From sequence record SRR22947727_3605: a stretch of DNA of 46,537 bases, one strand, 5' to 3'. Below the pieces are notes generated by a model that was given only the letters and a program-made list of their open reading frames with translations, was not told where the DNA came from and did not search any database. This document shows positions 17,339 to 27,224 of the stretch, in pieces (the stretch's first letter is position 1; each line of letters opens with the position of its first letter). The position numbers and the translations under genes were made by a program.

Positions 17339-20068
17339 CTATGCTTCTCCGCCAGCGGAACCACTGGTTCCAGCAGTCACATCGAGAAGTTGGTACTTCG
17401 TGATGGCCTGGTGCAGTGCATCTGGGGCTACGGCACCTTCTTTGGCGAGTTGCTGGAGAACGCGCGCTGTCACGGAGGGTCCATCAATCGCAAAGTGTCG
17501 GCGGGCTGCTGGCCTAGTGTCACTAAACCCAAACCCATCTGCACCCAACGTGAGATATGTGCCCGGCACAAACTCGCGAATTTGGTCTTGAACCGAGTGC
17601 ATGAAGTCGCTCACCGCGACGATGGGCCCCTGTGCTGCTTGAAGCTTTTGGGTCACATAGGGCACCCGTGCTGGCTGGTCGGGGTGAAGGAAGTTGTGGC
17701 GCTCAGACTCCACACCGTCTCGACGGAGCTCGTTCCACGAGGTGACGGAATAGACATCGGCACTGACACCCCAGTCGGTTGCGAGAAGCTCTTGAGCTTC
17801 CAGCGCCCACGCCATACCAACTCCGGAGGCCAGAATCGTGGCTTTGGGAGCACCCTCGAGTTGACCTTCCTTCAGCAGGTACAGTCCCTTCAGCAAGCCA
17901 TCAACGTCGAGTCCCTCAGGTTCTTCAGGCTGAAGAATCGGCTCGTTATAGATGGTGAGGTAGTACATCACGTTGGGATCAGGGTGAGTGCCGCCATACA
18001 TCCGCTCGAGACCGGCCTTGACGATGTGCGCAATCTCGTAGGAGTACGCCGGGTCGTAGGTGACCACAGCGGGGTTAGTCGACGCCAGAAGGGGTGAGTG
18101 CCCATCGGCGTGCTGGAGCCCTTCACCGGTCAGAGTGGTGCGACCAGCGGTCGCCCCCATGATGAAGCCCCGCGCCATTTGGTCACCGGCTGCCCACATC
18201 GCGTCTCCGGTGCGCTGGAAACCAAACATCGAGTAGAAGACGTAGATGGGAACCATCGGCTCCCCGTGGGTCGCATACGAGGTTCCGGTCGCGGTGAAAG
18301 CCGCAAACGCCCCGGCCTCGTTAATTCCGGTGTGAAGAATCTGACCCTGAGGGCTTTCCTTGTAGGCGAGCAGGAGCTCGCGGTCCACCGACGTGTAGGC
18401 CTGTCCGTGGGGGTTGTAGATCTTGGAGCTCGGGAAGTAGGCATCCATACCGAACGTTCGCGCCTCATCGGGAATGATCGGCACGAGACGGTGACCAAAG
18501 TCTTTGTTCTTCAGGAGGTCCTTCAACAGGCGCGCAAACCCCATCGTGGTGGCAACTTCTTGCTTTCCCGAGCCTTTGCGAGCTCCGTCATAGACGTCGG
18601 CACTGGGCAGGGAAACCTGGGTGAATTTCGAGCGACGCTCGGGCAGATACCCGCCGAGCGCTCGCCTGCGCTCGTGCATGTACTGGATGGCTTCATCACC
18701 ATCACCCGGGTGGAAATACGGAGGCTGGTAGACATCTGCCTCAAGAGCTGAGTCCGCAATCGGAATGCGCATGTCATCCCGGAATGTCTTCAAGTTCTCG
18801 AGCGTCATCTTCTTCATCTGGTGGGTCGCGTTGCGGCCCTCGAAGCTTGGTCCCAGACCGTAGCCCTTCACGGTCTTCGCAAGAATCACCGTGGGCTGAC
18901 CCTTGTGCTCGGTGGCGGCCTTGAACGCCGCATAAATCTTCCGGTAGTCGTGGCCCCCACGCTTGAGCTTCCAAATGTCATCATCGGAGAGGTGCTCAAC
19001 CATCTTCAGAGTGCGCGGGTCACGACCGAAGAAGTTCTCCCGGATGTAGGCGCCGCTTTCTGCCTTATAGGTCTGGTAATCGCCATCGGGAGTGCGATTC
19101 ATGAGGTCACGCAGGGCGCCCTCGGTATCGGCCTGCAAGAGAGCATCCCACTCGCGACCCCAGACGACCTTGATCACATTCCAGCCAGCGCCTCGGAAGA
19201 AGCTCTCGAGCTCCTGGATGATCTTTCCGTTTCCACGGACTGGCCCGTCCAGACGCTGAAGGTTGCAGTTGATGACGAAAGTCAGGTTGTCGAGATCATC
19301 GTTGGCCGCGAGTTGCAGGGCACCGCGGCTCTCCACCTCGTCCATTTCGCCATCGCCCAGGAATGCCCACACGTGCTGATCGCTGGTGTCTTTGATCCCG
19401 CGGTTGTGCAGGTACCGGTTGAGCTGTGCTTGGTAAATCGCATTGATCGGTCCAAGCCCCATGGAGACGGTCGGGAACTGCCAGAACTCTGGCATCAACC
19501 TCGGGTGGGGGTAGGAGGACAGTCCACCGCTGGGGTGTGACTTCTCTTGGCGGAACCCATCGAGTTGGTCGGTAGAGAGTCTCCCCTCGAGGTACGCCCT
19601 CGCATACATACCGGGGGATGCGTGACCCTGATAGAAAATCTGGTCGCCACCACCCGGGTGATCGGCCCCTCGGAAGAAATGGTTGTGGCCGACCTCATAG
19701 AGAGCTGCCGAAGATGCATAGGTGGAAATGTGGCCACCGACCGCAATTCCGGGACGCTGAGCTCGGTGCACGGTGATGGCGGCGTTCCAGCGAATCCAGG
19801 CGCGGTAGCGACGCTCGATTTCTTCGTCGCCGGGGAAGTCGGGTTCGTTGTCTGTGGCGATGGTGTTCAGGTAGTCCGTGGTGGGAACCATCGGGACACC
19901 CAAGTGGAGCTCTTTGGAGCGCTTGAGCAAGCTGAGCATGATTTCTCGTGCTCGCTGGTGACCAGATTGAGCAACGACCGAGTCGAGAGATTCTCGCCAT
20001 TCCGTGGTCTCGGTGGGATCCGAGTCCATCTCGTTGAACGAATAGGGATCTTGGTCGTTGACAGCCAC
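17339..20068 (-). CDS. aceE: Pyruvate dehydrogenase E1, homodimeric type
   Basis: [28 protein letters not shown] motif, TGEGLQH. Confidence 0.98.
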   Translation of the reverse strand: MAVNDQDPYSFNEMDSDPTETTEWRESLDSVVAQSGHQRAREIMLSLLKRSKELHLGVPMVPTTDYLNTIATDNEPDFPGDEEIERRYRAWIRWNAAITVHRAQRPGIAVGGHISTYASSAALYEVGHNHFFRGADHPGGGDQIFYQGHASPGMYARAYLEGRLSTDQLDGFRQEKSHPSGGLSSYPHPRLMPEFWQFPTVSMGLGPINAIYQAQLNRYLHNRGIKDTSDQHVWAFLGDGEMDEVESRGALQLAANDDLDNLTFVINCNLQRLDGPVRGNGKIIQELESFFRGAGWNVIKVVWGREWDALLQADTEGALRDLMNRTPDGDYQTYKAESGAYIRENFFGRDPRTLKMVEHLSDDDIWKLKRGGHDYRKIYAAFKAATEHKGQPTVILAKTVKGYGLGPSFEGRNATHQMKKMTLENLKTFRDDMRIPIADSALEADVYQPPYFHPGDGDEAIQYMHERRRALGGYLPERRSKFTQVSLPSADVYDGARKGSGKQEVATTMGFARLLKDLLKNKDFGHRLVPIIPDEARTFGMDAYFPSSKIYNPHGQAYTSVDRELLLAYKESPQGQILHTGINEAGAFAAFTATGTSYATHGEPMVPIYVFYSMFGFQRTGDAMWAAGDQMARGFIMGATAGRTTLTGEGLQHADGHSPLLASTNPAVVTYDPAYSYEIAHIVKAGLERMYGGTHPDPNVMYYLTIYNEPILQPEEPEGLDVDGLLKGLYLLKEGQLEGAPKATILASGVGMAWALEAQELLATDWGVSADVYSVTSWNELRRDGVESERHNFLHPDQPARVPYVTQKLQAAQGPIVAVSDFMHSVQDQIREFVPGTYLTLGADGFGFSDTRPAARRHFAIDGPSVTARVLQQLAKEGAVAPDALHQAITKYQLLDVTAGTSGSAGGEA

Positions 20069-20213
20069 CCTGACCTCTTCCTGTGTCTGGTAGATCGGGA
20101 CATTTCACCGGGCAGGGATTGCCTGCATGAGGTGAGCACCAAGTCTAGTGGGGTCGGTTTGGGCGCGGGAAATGTTTCAAGCTACCGCTCGCCGTGGTTT
20201 AGCATGAAGCGTT

Positions 20214-20290
20214 GGGCCTGTAGCTCAGTTGGTTAGAGCGCCACGTTTACACCGTGGATGCCGGGGGTTCGAGTCCCTCCGGGCCCACCA
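20214..20290 (+). tRNA. tRNA-Val(TAC)
   Basis: GGGCCTG/CGGGCCC acceptor stem, TAGCTCAGTTGGTTAGAGC D arm, CCACG-TT TAC AC-CGTGG anticodon arm, GTTCGAGTC T loop, encoded CCA. Confidence 0.97.
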
Positions 20291-20295
20291 GATTG

Positions 20296-20634
20296 TTAGC
20301 CAAACAGCGCGACCATCAGTGCGGCAAAGATGACCACAAAGATGGTCGGCGTCACGTACTTGATAACCCAGAGCCAGCGTGCACTCGACGTGAAGGTCGT
20401 ATCTTCCGCGGCAAGCTTTTCTGCCTCGGCCGAGCTCTGAAACTGGACGAGCGCGCCAAGAATTCCCGACGCTAGCAGGATGCCGGCTGCTGCGATACGC
20501 ACCGCCAGGTCGGTGTCGGCCAAACCAAATTGCAACAGCGCGACCGTAGTAATGAGCAAAGCAGTGGGCGCCATTTGCGACACGACTATGGTCTTACGAA
20601 GCTCCAGCCAGTGCGCGTGAGTCTGGGATGTCAT
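20296..20634 (-). CDS. Hypothetical small membrane protein
   Basis: 112 aa with three hydrophobic segments; GGAGA RBS. Confidence 0.7.
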   Translation of the reverse strand: MTSQTHAHWLELRKTIVVSQMAPTALLITTVALLQFGLADTDLAVRIAAAGILLASGILGALVQFQSSAEAEKLAAEDTTFTSSARWLWVIKYVTPTIFVVIFAALMVALFG

Positions 20635-20693
20635 GATGTCTCCGACGTTGATGTGTGGGCGTCTTCAGTGTATTCCAGGGCGAAAGGCCGGTC

Positions 20694-21581
20694 ATGCAGC
20701 GCTCCGTCCTGTGGGTTGTGCTCGCCGGAAGCCTGTGGGGGACGACCGGAACGGCGGCCTTCTTCCTCGGCCCTGACGTTTCCCCTTTGGCCATTGGGGC
20801 CGTCACCATGGGGGTGGGAGGTGTCATTCTCGCGCTGTGGGGTGGCACTGCCACCCTCGCTCTTTGGCGTGATCCAAGTTCGCGGCGACTTGTCCTTGTG
20901 GGAGCAATAGGGACGGTAGCCTACCCTCTGGCGTTTTATTCAGGAATGGCCACAGCCGGAATTGCGCTCGGCAATGTCATCGCGCTCGGGCTTGGCCCCC
21001 TCACCGCGGCGATTCTCGAGGGGGTCATTGATCGACGACGCCCGAGCATGTCCTGGTGGATTGCCTCGGCCGCTGCACTCGGCGGAATCCTTCTGATGAC
21101 TGGCGCCAAAGTTGAGCTCGGGGGAGGTCGCCCGAGCAATGTTGCTCTTGGTGTGATTCTCGCGACCGTGGCGGGGCTTGCCTACGGCGCCTACACCTAT
21201 GTTTTTGGGAAACTGGCGGATGGGGGCCACTCGCCCCGCGCTGTGGCTGGGGGAGTGTTTGGAGCAGGGGCACCCGTTCTCCTGGTGGTCCTGCTGGTGA
21301 CCGGAGCTCCCCTTGTTGCGACCGCTGAGCGAGTGGGGCTGGTGGCCTATCTCATCCTGGGTCCCATGGTCATCGCCTACCTGGCATTCACCGCGGCCCT
21401 TGCCTCACTTCGGGCGAGCACGGTGGCGACCATTGCGCTACTGGAACCCGTGGTCGCGACCGCGCTGGCAATCCTGATTGTGGGCGAAGTGTTAGGACCA
21501 CTCGCCGTTACAGGAATTGTGTTGGTGTTAGTTTCTCTGGTCGTGTTTTCCGCCTCCAAGGGTCCCCAACTGCGCACCTAA
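20694..21581 (+). CDS. EamA/DMT family transporter
   Basis: LWGTTG, about 10 TM, LLEPVVA...IVGE; ATG 20694 after GAAAGG. Confidence 0.9.
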   Translation: MQRSVLWVVLAGSLWGTTGTAAFFLGPDVSPLAIGAVTMGVGGVILALWGGTATLALWRDPSSRRLVLVGAIGTVAYPLAFYSGMATAGIALGNVIALGLGPLTAAILEGVIDRRRPSMSWWIASAAALGGILLMTGAKVELGGGRPSNVALGVILATVAGLAYGAYTYVFGKLADGGHSPRAVAGGVFGAGAPVLLVVLLVTGAPLVATAERVGLVAYLILGPMVIAYLAFTAALASLRASTVATIALLEPVVATALAILIVGEVLGPLAVTGIVLVLVSLVVFSASKGPQLRT

Positions 21582-21599
21582 GGTCCTATCCTTGAGGCT

Positions 21600-23663
21600 A
21601 TGACCGACGAGCCTGTGGACGAGAGAACCCCCGAAGGCCCTCGCCGCAGAACGTATGAGCCACCCTCCGAGGAAGCGGTCTTCACCGGATCTTTCCCCGT
21701 CATCGAGGACGCCCCTGGGTCCGAGTCCACCACCCCGCTCACCATCCCCGAGCCTCCGGTGCGCACTTCCCTGCCTGAAGCCGCCATCCTCGAGCAATTT
21801 AGGGATGGCTCAGCAGGGGGAACGACGGACATGATGGCCGAACTTGAGAGACAGGTCTTCCTCAAGGAGGACGAGGAAGAAGCCTTCACCTCGTGGGCGC
21901 AGATTGTCCGCAACCTGAGAGGCGCGGAAGCCGAGCCTTACATTGCGCGCCAGCGCATCATCTTTGATGGTGGTGACCCCAGCATTCTCGAGGAAGAAGA
22001 GCTGCCCGAGCAGCTAACGGATGAGAACGACTTGTCTGCTGTGGAGGATTCCTCCGAGAGTGTCGTTACCGATACCGACACCGATGATGACGTTGCTGGG
22101 TCTCCGGCTGAACCCGAGGCTGACAGTTCTGAGAGCGCAGATCTCTCAGAACAGGACGAGGGGTCTTCGGACACTGACTCCGAGGAACCAGATGAGCCCT
22201 CGGAAACCGATCACTGGCCTCTTGACCAGTCGGAGAGTCCAGAGGCCAAGGCCTCCTCACCCGAGACCCCCGAGACCCCCGAGACCCCCCAGTCACCAGG
22301 GTCGGCGCAGTCGCTTCCCCTCGCCGCAGCGTCATGGTGGGGACTGGGGCTCCCGGTTGCCGCGATAATGACCGGTGGATACCTGTCATTCCGAAGCCTG
22401 GGGATTCTGGAATCCTTCGTTGTTCTTGGGGCGCTCGCGCTGATCACCGGGATCATGGTTGGTGTTGTGTCCCATCAAGGTTTCCGCCGAGGACTCACTG
22501 CTCAGGAGGTGTTGGCTGGAAGTTTTGGGCGCAGAGGTGCCGTAGCCCCCGCGCTAATCATCGCCCTGCTGCAGAGCGCCGCCGTCACTGTCCTTCTGTG
22601 GTGGGCGTCTGACCTGCTCGTCGACATCATCCGTGGTGCCGGTTTGTGGCCGTATGAGAGATGGGTTGGTCAGGCGGGAGCGTGGGCAGTGCTGATCGCC
22701 GTCACGGCAGCCCTCACGCTGGTCGGTCCTCGGGTCTTGAGGGGCGCCCTCTTTGCCGGATCTGGTGCCGCTCTCATTACCCTTGCTCTCGTGGTCGCTC
22801 TGGCGCTTCCCTCGCTGGATGCCTCACTGGACTGGAGCTGGAGTGCGGACTGGATGACCGTGGTTTCCGCTGGATCTGTGCTGCTCTCGCTTGCCACGCT
22901 CCTGTTTGTCTTCAGTGCAGCCGATGTGGCAACCCTGACCGGTTCGTCACAGAGTCGAGGCGGTGGGGTTCTCTCTGCGATCGTTCTGACGGTGCCGATG
23001 CTCGCGCTTGCGGGTGTGGCCTCATGGATGGCCCAAAGTTCACCGGTGGTCTCCCTCGGGCTTTTGGCAAATCCGGTGGGAGTGTTCACCGATGGGGCTC
23101 CGGCCTTCTATCCCTCACTCGCGATTGTTGCTGTCGTGGTTCCCCTGGTGGGTCTTGCCGCCCTGCTCACACGATCTGCGAGCCTTGTGGCGCCCACGCT
23201 CCCACTTCCCGGCCCTACTCGTGTTCACGCGGCTGTCGTTCTCGGATTCGTCCTTGCTCTGGGATCGCTGGCATTGGTGTTCGCTCTGGACCTTCTGGAT
23301 GTCGCCGCGGATCTCGTTCTCACCGTTGGCGTCATCGTTGCGGCACTTGCAGCGATTCTTGCGAAGGAGTGGGCGGTGATGGGACCCAAGAAGCCTCACC
23401 AGGCTCCTACGGTGCGAGTTGTCCCGCTCGTGGCGTTTGTCGTGGCAGTTGCCGTGGGGTTGGGTCTTGTGGACTCGGGTGTCAGCTGGTTGGCCTGGCA
23501 GGGCTATCTCTTCCCGCTTCTGGACATGGCGGGGCTAATAGATCTTTCCCCTGCTGCACCGGGCGTTCTCGTGTCCTTTGTGGTGGCAGGGATCATCTCT
23601 GGCATAGGCGCCATGGCCGAATGGTTCGGTGCCAGAAAGCGCGCGGATGTCGACGCCCACTAA
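21600..23663 (+). CDS. Membrane protein: acidic disordered N-terminus plus NCS1/purine-cytosine permease-like TM domain
   Basis: About 240-aa D/E/S/P-rich N-terminus, then about 12 TM with GLT...SFGRRGA (NCS1-like FG.RG motif) and WQGYL. Confidence 0.7.
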   Translation: MTDEPVDERTPEGPRRRTYEPPSEEAVFTGSFPVIEDAPGSESTTPLTIPEPPVRTSLPEAAILEQFRDGSAGGTTDMMAELERQVFLKEDEEEAFTSWAQIVRNLRGAEAEPYIARQRIIFDGGDPSILEEEELPEQLTDENDLSAVEDSSESVVTDTDTDDDVAGSPAEPEADSSESADLSEQDEGSSDTDSEEPDEPSETDHWPLDQSESPEAKASSPETPETPETPQSPGSAQSLPLAAASWWGLGLPVAAIMTGGYLSFRSLGILESFVVLGALALITGIMVGVVSHQGFRRGLTAQEVLAGSFGRRGAVAPALIIALLQSAAVTVLLWWASDLLVDIIRGAGLWPYERWVGQAGAWAVLIAVTAALTLVGPRVLRGALFAGSGAALITLALVVALALPSLDASLDWSWSADWMTVVSAGSVLLSLATLLFVFSAADVATLTGSSQSRGGGVLSAIVLTVPMLALAGVASWMAQSSPVVSLGLLANPVGVFTDGAPAFYPSLAIVAVVVPLVGLAALLTRSASLVAPTLPLPGPTRVHAAVVLGFVLALGSLALVFALDLLDVAADLVLTVGVIVAALAAILAKEWAVMGPKKPHQAPTVRVVPLVAFVVAVAVGLGLVDSGVSWLAWQGYLFPLLDMAGLIDLSPAAPGVLVSFVVAGIISGIGAMAEWFGARKRADVDAH
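22260..22289 (+). repeat. In-frame 9-bp tandem repeat (CCCGAGACC)x3 encoding PET-PET-PET-P
   Basis: Read directly from the sequence. Confidence 0.9.
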
Positions 23664-24480
23664 ACCTCTATCGGAAGTGCTGGGAGTTATCGACGCTCTC
23701 TGGCCCGTCTCTGGAGCGGAAGAGTGGGACGCACCTGGTCTCATCGTGGGCTCCGCGGATCATGCCGTGAGCTCCATCCACCTCATGGTGGATGCGACCC
23801 TCGAGTCGGTGGCGGAGGCACTGGAGCAAGGTGCCGACTTGATCGTGGCGCACCACCCTCTTCTCTTGCGCGGTGTGACGAGCGTTGCGGAGTCCACCTA
23901 CAAGGGCCGCGTTGTTGCTGACCTCATTCGAGGGGGCGCGGCACTCTATGCTGCCCACACCAATGCGGATGTGGTTCCCACAGGAACCTCGGCGCAGTTG
24001 GCTGACCTGCTGGGGCTCGTGGAGCAGTCGACCATTACGGAGGGTGGCACGCCAGGCCATGGGCTGGGACGCGTCGGCACTCTGCCGGCACCGATGAGTC
24101 TTTACGAGCTCGCTGTCACAGTGGGCGAGTTCCTTCCGCAGACCGCGGTGGGGCCTGTCGCCGCGGGTGATCCAGAGGCCATCATCACCACCGTCTCACT
24201 GTGTGCGGGGGCAGGTGATTCACTACTGTCACATCCCAGCGTGGTGGCCAGTGACGTCTACATCACGAGTGATCTTCGACACCACCCAGCGAGCGAAGCG
24301 AGAGAGCGAACTCTGCTCGGGGGCGGTCCGGCGTTGATCAACATCTCGCATTTTGCTGCCGAATGGCTCTGGCTCGAGCAGGCCGCCACCGAGTTGAGGT
24401 CTGCAACAGGTCTGAGTGTTAGCGTGAGTGACCTCAACACCGATCCGTGGACTTTCCAAGTTCACCGCGTAGGAGGCTAA
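23647..24480 (+). CDS. Nif3-like dinuclear metal centre protein (DUF34)
   Basis: AEEWDAPGL, HHPLLL, HTNAD, TSDLRHH, HFAAE. Confidence 0.93.
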   Translation: MSTPTKPLSEVLGVIDALWPVSGAEEWDAPGLIVGSADHAVSSIHLMVDATLESVAEALEQGADLIVAHHPLLLRGVTSVAESTYKGRVVADLIRGGAALYAAHTNADVVPTGTSAQLADLLGLVEQSTITEGGTPGHGLGRVGTLPAPMSLYELAVTVGEFLPQTAVGPVAAGDPEAIITTVSLCAGAGDSLLSHPSVVASDVYITSDLRHHPASEARERTLLGGGPALINISHFAAEWLWLEQAATELRSATGLSVSVSDLNTDPWTFQVHRVGG

Positions 24481-24483
24481 CCC

Positions 24484-25224
24484 GTGGGAGTCACTGCACC
24501 CCCCGAACTGCAGGCTCGATTGCTCGATCTCGCGGCGTGCGACCTCGCGATCCAGAGGGCAGCAGCAAGCCTGCGATCCTTGCCAGAAACCCTCCACATT
24601 CCTACGCTCGAGGCAGCCGTGGAAGAAATCAAGAGTCGTCGGCACGACGCCATGATTGAGAAGGAAAACATTCAGGCAGAGCTCACCAGGGCAGAGTCCG
24701 ATGTGACGCTGGTGGAGGCCCGCATCCACAAGGATGACGAGCGACTGACGCACACCTCCTCCGCTAAGGATGCCCAAGGCCTCGAGCACGAGTTGGAGTC
24801 TTTGCGCAAACGCCGCTCGGACCTAGAAGACATCGAGTTGGCCATTATGGAGCGGCTCGAGCAAGCGGACAGTGTGCTCACGGGCCTGATCGCCGAACTC
24901 GCGACAGCAGACGAGGCGCTGACCGACGCTCGAGCACAGTACACGGCTCAGTGCGCGGCTCTTGAGGCAGAGACTGCGACCCAGCGTGCGACCAGGGAGA
25001 GCATCGTCGCCATCCTCCCCGACGATCTTTACGCCCTCTACGAGCGCCAGCGTGCGCGCTATGGAGTGGGAGCCTCGCATTTGCGCGGGGGAGTCTCGAG
25101 TGCGAGCGGGGTGGCTCTGACCGAGTCGGATCTTCAGGACATTCGACGTTCTGCTCCCGAAGAGGTCGTCATGTGCCCCGATAGCAACGCCATCCTGGTT
25201 CGCACAGCGGAGTCTGGCCTGTGA
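24484..25224 (+). CDS. Coiled-coil plus zinc-ribbon domain protein (DUF164 type), with Cys ligands degenerate
   Basis: Long coiled coil, LYALYERQR, C-terminal SSAS...CPDSNAILVR; usual position between Nif3 and RNase H. Confidence 0.85.
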   Translation: MGVTAPPELQARLLDLAACDLAIQRAAASLRSLPETLHIPTLEAAVEEIKSRRHDAMIEKENIQAELTRAESDVTLVEARIHKDDERLTHTSSAKDAQGLEHELESLRKRRSDLEDIELAIMERLEQADSVLTGLIAELATADEALTDARAQYTAQCAALEAETATQRATRESIVAILPDDLYALYERQRARYGVGASHLRGGVSSASGVALTESDLQDIRRSAPEEVVMCPDSNAILVRTAESGL

Positions 25225-25649
25225 GCTATTCACGACTCGTCGTGGAGGCCGATGGCGCCTCCCGGGGGAACCCCGGTGCGGCCGCCGGTGGCGCCGTAGT
25301 GCTGGATCCCGAGACAGGTCAGGTGGTGGCGAAGGCCGGTGTCTTGTGCGGTCATGCCTCCAATAACGTGGCTGAGTACCGCGGGATGATCGAAGGGCTT
25401 GACATCGCATTGGCGATGGCCCCCGAAGGATCGGTGCATGTGCGCATGGATTCGAAGCTGGTGGTCGAGCAGATGTCAGGGCGCTGGAAAATCAAGCACC
25501 CCGACATGCAGGATCTCGCCAGGGCCGCCAGAGAGCTCATCGGTTCACGCTCGGTAACGTTTGAGTGGATTCCTCGTGAAGAGAACGCACGTGCTGACGC
25601 GGCAGCCAATGTGGCACTCGATAGAGATGAGACGTACCGAGAGCTCTAG
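25221..25649 (+). CDS. Ribonuclease HI (stand-alone actinobacterial type)
   Basis: EADGASRGNPG, NNVAEY, MDSKLVVEQMSGRWKIKH, WIPREENARAD. Confidence 0.92.
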   Translation: MSYSRLVVEADGASRGNPGAAAGGAVVLDPETGQVVAKAGVLCGHASNNVAEYRGMIEGLDIALAMAPEGSVHVRMDSKLVVEQMSGRWKIKHPDMQDLARAARELIGSRSVTFEWIPREENARADAAANVALDRDETYREL

Positions 25650-25688
25650 TGCCGAAGGCCTTCGTCGCGTACCCTGGAACAGTTGGAA

Positions 25689-26040
25689 GGGGTCGGCCAG
25701 GCAATCGCGTCACTACTTCGGTAGTGCCGAGGAACGTCCGGGCTCCCTAGAGCAGGACGGTGGGTAACACCCACCCGGAGCAATCCGCGAGATAGTGCCA
25801 CAGAAAATAGACCGCCCAGGAAACTGGGTAAGGGTGAAACGGTGGTGTAAGAGACCACCAGAGGTTCGGGTGACCGAATCTGCTTGGTAAACCTCGTCCG
25901 GAGCAAGGTCAAACAGACACCCACCAGGTTGCTCGCCTGAGTGTCGGGTAGACCGCTAGAGATAGCTGGTAACAGTTATCCGAGAAAGATGATTGCCACC
26001 GAGGAAACTCGGGACAGAACCCGGCGTACCGGCCGACCCC
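25689..26040 (+). ncRNA. rnpB: RNase P RNA, bacterial class A
   Basis: P1 GGGGTCGGCC/GGCCGACCCC; GAGGAACGTCCGGGCTCC, AGTGCCACAGAAA, GGGTGAAACGGTGGTGTAAGAGACCACC, GGTAAACC, ACAGAACCCGGCGTA. Confidence 0.96.
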
Positions 26041-26047
26041 GCCAACA

Positions 26048-26680
26048 CTAAACGCTACGCAGTACCGTGACGACCTTGCCCATCACTGTGGCATGGTCAC
26101 CCAAAATTGGCTCGTAGGCGCTGTTCTGCGGGAGCAACCAGGTGTGGCCATCGCGTTGCTTGAAGACCTTCACCGTGGCTTCGTCATCCAACATGGCCGC
26201 AACAATGTCGCCATTGTCAGCGGTGGCTTGTGATCGGACGACGACCCAGTCGCCATCGCAAATGGCCGCGTCGATCATGGAGTCACCGACGACCTTCAAC
26301 ATAAAAAGATCGCCGTTGCCAACGAGCTGACGAGGCAGCGCCATAACATCGTCGATGTTCTGCTCAGCGGTAATAGGAATACCCGCGGCGATACGTCCCA
26401 CGAGGGGGACAGACACGACGTCATCGCTGGCTGGCACGAGGGGAGTGACCGGTGCACCGGCATCCGGGGTAAGCCTTTTGATGACTTCCAACGTCCGCGC
26501 TGTGTTGGCGTGACGTTTGATGTATCCCGCACGCTCCAACTGGCTGAGCTGGTGGGACACGCTCGAGGTGGAGGAGAGTCCGGTGTTGTCGCAGATCTCG
26601 CGCATGCTCGGGGGGACGCCCCTGGAGTCCAGAGAGTGCTCGATGAAGGCTTGGATTTTCTGCTGCTGTTCGCTCAACAT
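26048..26680 (-). CDS. lexA: SOS repressor LexA
   Basis: PPSMREI HTH, VGRIAAG cleavage site, GDSM catalytic Ser, ATVK catalytic Lys; likely start at ATG 26680. Confidence 0.97.
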   Translation of the reverse strand: MLSEQQQKIQAFIEHSLDSRGVPPSMREICDNTGLSSTSSVSHQLSQLERAGYIKRHANTARTLEVIKRLTPDAGAPVTPLVPASDDVVSVPLVGRIAAGIPITAEQNIDDVMALPRQLVGNGDLFMLKVVGDSMIDAAICDGDWVVVRSQATADNGDIVAAMLDDEATVKVFKQRDGHTWLLPQNSAYEPILGDHATVMGKVVTVLRSV

Positions 26681-26699
26681 GTCCCCAGAGTAGCGCTTT

Positions 26700-26728
26700 T
26701 CGAACACTTTTTCTATACATCCGTTCGA
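26700..26728. promoter_or_regulatory. Two overlapping imperfect SOS boxes upstream of lexA
   Basis: TCGAAC-ACTT-TTTCTA (26700-26715) and CTATAC-ATCC-GTTCGA (26713-26728) against consensus TCGAAC-N4-GTTCGA. Confidence 0.6.
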
Positions 26729-26780
26729 AGCGTGTCAGACCGTGTCGGTGGTCCCCGCAAGAATCGCCCTCAACCAATGC

Positions 26781-26812
26781 TTGACATGTTGAGCATTCGA
26801 ACATATATTCGA
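26781..26812 (+). promoter_or_regulatory. SigA promoter of the LysM gene with an SOS box over the -10
   Basis: TTGACA (26781-26786), 17 bp, TATATT (26804-26809); TCGAAC-ATAT-ATTCGA at 26797-26812. Confidence 0.85.
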
Positions 26813-26882
26813 AACAGAGGTTCGGGCGGGTCCTCCCGGCCGAGGGTCCAGCCCGAACCTCTCAACCACAAGAGAGGTCATC

Positions 26883-27191
26883 ATGACAACCCACACCACT
26901 TCCTTGCGCATCACCCGCCGCGGACGTGTCGTCCTGGCAACGCTGATTGCGCTCCCTGTGCTTGTCGTGTCGCTGTTCCTCGCGACCCCTGGTGCGCTGG
27001 CGGAAAGTACCGGCAGCGCCGACACCCATGACTACGTGACCGTGCTCGCAGGTGACACCCTGTGGACCATCGCCGAGAGTGTTGCTCCCGAGAGTGACCC
27101 GCGTGATGTTATTCACGAGATCATGACCCTGAACCAACTCTCCACCGCAGCTCTCACTCCCGGCCAGGAGATCGCTATTCCTCGGAGCTAG
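26883..27191 (+). CDS. TM plus LysM protein, probable SOS-induced cell-division inhibitor (ChiZ/YneA-like)
   Basis: LRITRRGR, a TM segment, VTVLAGDTLWTIA...LTPGQEIAIP; divergent from lexA with an SOS box. Confidence 0.88.
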   Translation: MTTHTTSLRITRRGRVVLATLIALPVLVVSLFLATPGALAESTGSADTHDYVTVLAGDTLWTIAESVAPESDPRDVIHEIMTLNQLSTAALTPGQEIAIPRS

Positions 27192-27224
27192 TGGGGGTGA
27201 GGCTCCGCCGAGTACCATGGGCGG

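Noticed and set aside
20214-21581. tRNA-Val as an integration site for the two following genes
   Set aside because: No integrase, and I found no duplicated tRNA 3' end (attR) in the window
25725-26030. rnpB P4 reads GAACGTCC/GGCGTA instead of the common GAAAGTCC/GGCTTA
   Set aside because: A compensatory A-U to C-G change that keeps the helix; ordinary covariation
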